From a virus (lineage: Duplodnaviria; Caudoviricetes): a stretch of DNA of 50,465 bases. The position numbers and the translations under genes were made by a program. Below, piece by piece: positions 45,300 through 50,465 of the stretch. The stretch spans positions 1 to 50,465 of the IMG/VR virus record IMGVR_UViG_3300024429_000003, one strand, 5' to 3'. The notes under the pieces were generated by a model that saw nothing but the letters and a program-made list of their open reading frames with translations, ran no database searches and was not told where the DNA came from. How positions within the stretch are numbered: position 1 is the first letter of the stretch; every line of letters begins with the position of its first letter.

Positions 45300-48200
45300 T
45301 GCCCAGATGGTCAGAAGTTGAAAAAGATCCCCGATATCTGACTTTAACAGATGAGGTAGAGCGTCAAAAAGTAAGACAGAAATTTTATGATAAACATGTT
45401 GTCCCCCGGTTTAATAGTTTAAATGCTTCTGAAGAAGAAAAAAAAAGAGTAATAAATAAAATATTTAAAGGCAAATTTGTTCAGGCGCCCTTTGAAAAAG
45501 CCAAAACAAAAGTTTTGAATATTGCAGCGCAGAGGGCGCAGCCGCAAGAGATACAACCGGGCATAAATGCGCTTATTCCGGGTACGGCTATGCCGCAACC
45601 CTCCCCTATGCAGAACCTAGAACAGAGTTTTGCCGCTGTTCAGGAACAACTAACCGATCCATTAAAGCCTTACGGGAAAATTCAAAAATTATTACCCCAT
45701 ACCGATTTTCAACAGAAGGCTTTTCAGCACGGATTATTGCCGACACAGCCAAAAGAGCAAAGGCTTATGTTGAAGATGGCTAAAAAGGATTATCCTGTTT
45801 CTTATTATGGCGGGCAACTCACAGGTTATGCTCTTAGTTATATACTTACTGGTGGAGTTAGCGCTGCAATGAAAACCAGTCCCCGGATATGGTTAGCAGC
45901 TCAGAGGTTTGGACCTAATATTAATCAGACAATCAATATTATGGCCAATGCCGCTAGAAGCGTTTCTGCGTATGGCGCTAAAAAACTTGCTGATAATATC
46001 TTAGATATAGCCGTGGGAGGAGAAAAACCCACAGTCGGGAAGCTTGTAGGCGAACCTTTAGAGATGGCAGGTTTTGGATTAGTTCTGGGTGGCGCTGTAG
46101 GGATAGAGAGTACAGCCGCTAGATTAGCAGTAACGGGGGCAGCTAGTGCAGGGTATGACACAATAGTAAAAACAGGTAAAAGGCTATGGGAATTATATGG
46201 CGGGCAAGAGCATACTAAAGAAGATGTAATAAATGACTTAAGAGATATTACGCTCATGGCAGGTATAAGGACAGCGGTTCGGTCTATTGGCTCTGCAAAA
46301 CTTACTCAGCAATTAAAAGAAGCCAGAATAGTAGATTTTTATCAGAATAAATCTCTTGCTGGTATTATGCATGGAAAAGCTGGTACTGCAACAGAGTGGG
46401 CATCTGCCAGAAAAACATTATTAGAACCAAAGGCGCTGTCAAAGGCTATAGGAAAACAGGTTTTTGGTATGTCTGAGGCTGAAGTAAGCGCTAAATTAGT
46501 GAAGCCTGGACCGCATCATCCTACCATAAAAGAGCTTCATGATATGGTTTTTAAAACAGCTGGCCCAATAGTTTACGAACAGGTAATTGAAACAAAGATG
46601 CCGGGTTTTGAAGGACTGCCCCCGGACATGAAAGAAAAGCTTGTTGGCGGTATTATTGGATCTATAAAAGGCGGGATGCCGATAGCACAGGCCATTGATT
46701 CGGCCGCCGAGGCGGTCAGGCCGATAACCGAGCAGGGATTAATGTTTTTACAGAGCTTAGCCGGACAAATACCGCCTGGTGAACAAGTCATATCTGGCGA
46801 GCCTGCTATCTCTTCGCCACAAAAAATATCCTCACAAGAAAAGATGCAGGCATTTTTTACGGGAGGTTTGCCGAAACAAGCGCCTGCTCTGCCAAAAATA
46901 AAGGTCCCGGTTAAGCCGATAATTAAAAATTCCGCTATTCAAGATGCATATAATAAGGCCATGGAATTAATCCCTGAAGATATTAGAAACGACATCGATG
47001 TAAAGGCTATTGTAGAGGTAAAATTTTCAGATCTATATGAAGGGGAAGGGGGAAGGCTTGAAAGAGGCGGCAAGGGTGAACATTTTGTTTTAATAGAAAA
47101 GGGTGAAAAAGATATTGTCGAAACATTAACCCATGAATTATTACATAGCTATGTTCTGAGACATCCGGAGTTAGAAGAAGGCGGCGGATATTTCTGGATG
47201 GAAGACGCTGTTAATAAATTACATGATAAAATAAAAGGGCGTCCTGGGGCCAAAGCAAGAGCTCAAGTGATCAAAACAAAATACCTCACGCAAAAGCCTG
47301 TCACCGAGCAACAAAAAGCTACTATCAAAAATCTTCGTCCTAAGATCAAAGAGCTGGAATTAAAATTGCAGACAGGCAAATCATCAATCAATAGTCTCAC
47401 CTCTTCTGAAGCCGATCAGTTGATTAAAAAGTTACAGGCTGAAAAACAAACTGAGACAGCAACTAAGATGGAAAAGTTTTTCGGCATAAAGAAAGCTAAA
47501 CCAAAAGTCGGTCTGACATTAGAAGAGGCAATAAAGAAACCTGTCCCCGGCATACCTGAAAAATTTCCCGGTAAAGAAGAAACTGTCGGCATTAAATTCA
47601 AGGCTGAAGGGCAAGAGTTATACAAACCTATTATCGAGGGAACGAGTAATAAAATACAGCGGAAAATAGTGCATACCATGGCCAAAGATGCCGGGATGAA
47701 TGAGGTTGCTTACAGGGATATAATAGAAAAAATGGCAGGGGTTAGAAGTATTACACAAGTATCCGAAGAGGATGCACAGAAAGTTATCCACGCCATTGAT
47801 GATAAATTGAGAGTGCAGGAAGATAAAACGCTGAAAAGTATATTGATTTCGCCAAAAAGGAAAGCTGAAATATTAGAAAACAGAATTACCAGATTGGAAC
47901 GAATAGGCCGAACAGTTGCGCCGGCAGATTATGAAAACCAGGCAAAGGCAGTTGAGAGGATTAATCAAGGCAAAGTCAGCAAAAAAGATTTAAAAGATCT
48001 TGGCGTATATAAAGCTATGACCGAAACTAAAGAAAAGGATTTCCCAGGTATTGAAGCGACATACTTATCAAATTTACGACCTGTGAGACATGTATTTAAG
48101 GCAGATCCTAAAGCATGGCGTATGTATAAGCCTTTAGAGAAAGCATCAAAGGCTGCGGATAAATTACGATTCAGCCTGGAAAAAGAAGTGAATGAAGTAG

Positions 48201-49762
48201 TGAAAAAATTAGGCATGTCTGATAAAGACCTTATTGCCGTCAGGGAATTTATGGAACGTACCAAAGAGGCGCCTACGACACTAACAGAAAAACAGGCTAA
48301 GTTCAGGGATTGGCTGCACAAAAAACAGGGTGAAAATCCGGGTGAAGGATTGCACGGATTATTCAAAGTAAAAGGATTCGTTAAAGAGGATTATATATCC
48401 AGGCGCCTTGATCGGGAAGCTTTCAGCATGGAAGAAATTTTACGGGATCGGCTGACTGACTTTGTCGATGATAAGAAGGTATTACCGAAAATCAAAAACT
48501 GGTTCGATCTGACACGGACAGGAAAATTAAAGGGCGCTAAGAAAAATGCTCTTGATATTTACAAAGACTATATCCGGGCAGGGACCAGGAAGTTATATTT
48601 TGACGATTTGCTAAAAAATATGCGTAAAGAAGACCTCACAAAATTGCAGCCGGGCATGAAAGAGGCCATGAATGATTATATCTATCGGCTTCTTGGGTAT
48701 CCGACAACACAGGCATATAAATTTCAGGAATTATTAAATAGAAGTTTGAGCGTTCTCCCTGGGGTAAAAGGTGAGCTTAGTTTAAAAGGCACAATGAATT
48801 TAGCTCAGTTCTTAGTGGATTTTGCTTATGTCCGGCACCTTGGATTCAGATTAAAGAGCCCTACTAAAAATTTAATTCAGACTATAAATAATACTGTTCC
48901 GGAATTAGGTTTGTATTGGACAGCCAGGGGGTTTGGTAGATTATTTCAAAAAGGATTTAAGGAAGCTAGTAAAGCAGGTATACTTTTAGAGTTTGCGCCG
49001 GTCATGTTCAGAGAATTTGCTAAAGGTGATTATGGTGATTGGTGGAAGACCACTAAGGATTACTCTTTAGGCATGTTTCAATTCAGTGATATGGTAAATA
49101 GGTGTATTGCTTACTATGGATCTATTGATAAATTCGACCATTTTTTAAAGAGCTATAGAAAACATAAAAATATACCTAAATTCCTTAAATGGCTTGAAGT
49201 TAATCATATGCACCCTCGATACCAAGAAGACATAACGGAAGCGCTACAAACGGGTAATGTCAACGAAGCACGAAAGATATATGCTGAGAAGATCACAGGC
49301 GATACACAATATCTTTATACAAAGCAGGACTCTCCATTAATTACGTCCCATCCCGGGGGTCGGATGTTATTTCAATATGCCTCCTGGCCGATTAATTATA
49401 CTGAATTGTTGGTTGATGATGTTAAACAGAAACATTGGCAGGCTATTGCAAGAAGATTGTTATTATATGTGGCCATTGGTGGGCTTATAAAAACAGGGGT
49501 AGTTGATGAAAAAAACCTGTTAAGGCAAGCGACGGGGTTAGGGCCCTATAAATGGAAACGTCAAAAAGATATAGTCCCGGCTTCTTTAGCTCCAATTGCT
49601 GATACACTTGATTTAATATTATTGCAAGGGGCCAGGCAGGCTTTACAAAAGAAACTTTTAACTAAAAAACATTTTACAAGATATGGAAAGAAAGTTCTTC
49701 CATTAGTAGGGCAGGATATTCAGAAAGCAATAGAGAAAAAATCCGTAAAGGAATTATTTTAA
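45299..49762 (+). CDS. Large DNA ejection/polyvalent protein with a zincin-like HExxH motif
   Basis: 1487 aa, last late gene; LTHELLH; C-terminal TQYLY...LFQY..WP pattern. Confidence 0.72.
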   Translation: MPRWSEVEKDPRYLTLTDEVERQKVRQKFYDKHVVPRFNSLNASEEEKKRVINKIFKGKFVQAPFEKAKTKVLNIAAQRAQPQEIQPGINALIPGTAMPQPSPMQNLEQSFAAVQEQLTDPLKPYGKIQKLLPHTDFQQKAFQHGLLPTQPKEQRLMLKMAKKDYPVSYYGGQLTGYALSYILTGGVSAAMKTSPRIWLAAQRFGPNINQTINIMANAARSVSAYGAKKLADNILDIAVGGEKPTVGKLVGEPLEMAGFGLVLGGAVGIESTAARLAVTGAASAGYDTIVKTGKRLWELYGGQEHTKEDVINDLRDITLMAGIRTAVRSIGSAKLTQQLKEARIVDFYQNKSLAGIMHGKAGTATEWASARKTLLEPKALSKAIGKQVFGMSEAEVSAKLVKPGPHHPTIKELHDMVFKTAGPIVYEQVIETKMPGFEGLPPDMKEKLVGGIIGSIKGGMPIAQAIDSAAEAVRPITEQGLMFLQSLAGQIPPGEQVISGEPAISSPQKISSQEKMQAFFTGGLPKQAPALPKIKVPVKPIIKNSAIQDAYNKAMELIPEDIRNDIDVKAIVEVKFSDLYEGEGGRLERGGKGEHFVLIEKGEKDIVETLTHELLHSYVLRHPELEEGGGYFWMEDAVNKLHDKIKGRPGAKARAQVIKTKYLTQKPVTEQQKATIKNLRPKIKELELKLQTGKSSINSLTSSEADQLIKKLQAEKQTETATKMEKFFGIKKAKPKVGLTLEEAIKKPVPGIPEKFPGKEETVGIKFKAEGQELYKPIIEGTSNKIQRKIVHTMAKDAGMNEVAYRDIIEKMAGVRSITQVSEEDAQKVIHAIDDKLRVQEDKTLKSILISPKRKAEILENRITRLERIGRTVAPADYENQAKAVERINQGKVSKKDLKDLGVYKAMTETKEKDFPGIEATYLSNLRPVRHVFKADPKAWRMYKPLEKASKAADKLRFSLEKEVNEVVKKLGMSDKDLIAVREFMERTKEAPTTLTEKQAKFRDWLHKKQGENPGEGLHGLFKVKGFVKEDYISRRLDREAFSMEEILRDRLTDFVDDKKVLPKIKNWFDLTRTGKLKGAKKNALDIYKDYIRAGTRKLYFDDLLKNMRKEDLTKLQPGMKEAMNDYIYRLLGYPTTQAYKFQELLNRSLSVLPGVKGELSLKGTMNLAQFLVDFAYVRHLGFRLKSPTKNLIQTINNTVPELGLYWTARGFGRLFQKGFKEASKAGILLEFAPVMFREFAKGDYGDWWKTTKDYSLGMFQFSDMVNRCIAYYGSIDKFDHFLKSYRKHKNIPKFLKWLEVNHMHPRYQEDITEALQTGNVNEARKIYAEKITGDTQYLYTKQDSPLITSHPGGRMLFQYASWPINYTELLVDDVKQKHWQAIARRLLLYVAIGGLIKTGVVDEKNLLRQATGLGPYKWKRQKDIVPASLAPIADTLDLILLQGARQALQKKLLTKKHFTRYGKKVLPLVGQDIQKAIEKKSVKELF

Positions 49763-49763
49763 C

Positions 49764-49939
49764 ATGCCGGCAATGTGTGAATGGGGAGTAAAGGCCAATG
49801 AATCTATAGAAAGGGAGCTTGAAGATATGAAAGTCTGGATTAATAAAATTGAAGAAAGACTATATGTGCTGTAGTGAGATCTTTGGTCTTTATAATTTTG
49901 CAATTCATCACCATAGGGTTAGTGATGTTAAGAAATAAC
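49764..49939 (+). pseudogene. Possible frameshifted holin/XhlA-like small membrane gene
   Basis: Coiled-coil ORF ...KIEERLYVL* continues in the -1 frame as VRSLVFIILQFITIGLVML and runs into attC E. Confidence 0.3.
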
Positions 49940-49995
49940 GAATACATCAGGGGCGCACAGCTCTATCGTGCGTCCCTTGAATGCGCTGGTTATAT
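49933..49995 (-). repeat. attC-like site E (third sequence type)
   Basis: Minus strand: ATATAAC-CAGCG-CATTCAAGGGACGCAC...GTGCGCCCCTGATG-TATTC-GTTATTT. Confidence 0.85.
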
Positions 49996-50217
49996 TTTAA
50001 ATAGTGTCAATTGTCTCTCAGACACCGATTTCTCTTTAATTTTTTTAATGCCTAATTGTACTCTGATTTCATCACACCAAATTTTGTACGGGTGCATTGC
50101 CCTTTCGCCGTAGGGATATGCCTGTCGTAGTTTTTTACGTAGATTTTTTATATCAGATGTGCCAACTATAGATATAATCTCTGCGATTATAGGTCTTACC
50201 TGATCACGCCTAGTCAT
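49990..50217 (-). CDS. Cassette protein (AYPYGERAMHPYKIWCDEI motif)
   Basis: The TAA stop lies inside R'' of attC E. Confidence 0.75.
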   Translation of the reverse strand: MTRRDQVRPIIAEIISIVGTSDIKNLRKKLRQAYPYGERAMHPYKIWCDEIRVQLGIKKIKEKSVSERQLTLFKI

Positions 50218-50408
50218 ATTTTCTCTTTAGTTTCCGGATCAAATAAATTATACCCATCCGAAATAAATATTTTATGCCGTTCCTGCTGTTTTTTGGTTAC
50301 ATATTTATAATATGCTTCATAAGATTTTAAATCGTGGAGGCTAAATAAATCTGTTGCTGTATCAATATCATCAAGTAATTTCCATAATTTAATTGTTTTT
50401 TCTTTCAT
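50214..50408 (-). CDS. Cassette protein (LWKLLDDIDTA.D motif)
   Basis: AAGG RBS just after R' of attC D; ATGA overlap with the next ORF. Confidence 0.75.
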   Translation of the reverse strand: MKEKTIKLWKLLDDIDTATDLFSLHDLKSYEAYYKYVTKKQQERHKIFISDGYNLFDPETKEKI

Positions 50409-50465
50409 ATGCCTTTATTCCTTTCAGATAACGCAGAATTAACCGGATTGTGAGGGCTTTTCCGA
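50339..50465. repeat. Terminal overlap identical to 1..127
   Basis: Exact match. Confidence 0.97.

Overview
The window is a complete, circularly closed genome (about 50,338 bp plus a 127-bp end overlap, 1..127 = 50339..50465) of a temperate, short-tailed (P22/podovirus-like) phage. The host is probably Gram-negative, inferred from an outer-membrane beta-barrel gene, a sigma54 promoter and IHF sites. Modules, in order: tyrosine integrase and excisionase; replication (SNF2 helicase, SMC-like ATPase, HD hydrolase, UvrD helicase, Prim-Pol, iteron origin); a leftward array of small genes with repeated start-associated motifs under a sigma54 promoter; terminase and portal; a 6-kb accessory block (DUF1353-like, beta-barrel OMP, Acb2/Tad1-like sponge, GroES); scaffold and capsid; adaptor, tail fibre, nozzle and tailspike; three ejection proteins. 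The most striking feature is an integron-like array of five attC sites spanning the assembly junction (49933..50465 plus 1..907). It has small cassette ORFs and one ORF-less cassette, and the core-site pairing pattern points to real cassette recombination, yet no IntI-type integrase is encoded. Also notable are hydrophobic N-terminal leaders ending in Cys on three packaging/virion proteins, a signal peptide on the tailspike, a tRNA-like RNA with a large insertion, and no recognisable endolysin. All protein calls come from motif recognition by eye and were not checked by database search.
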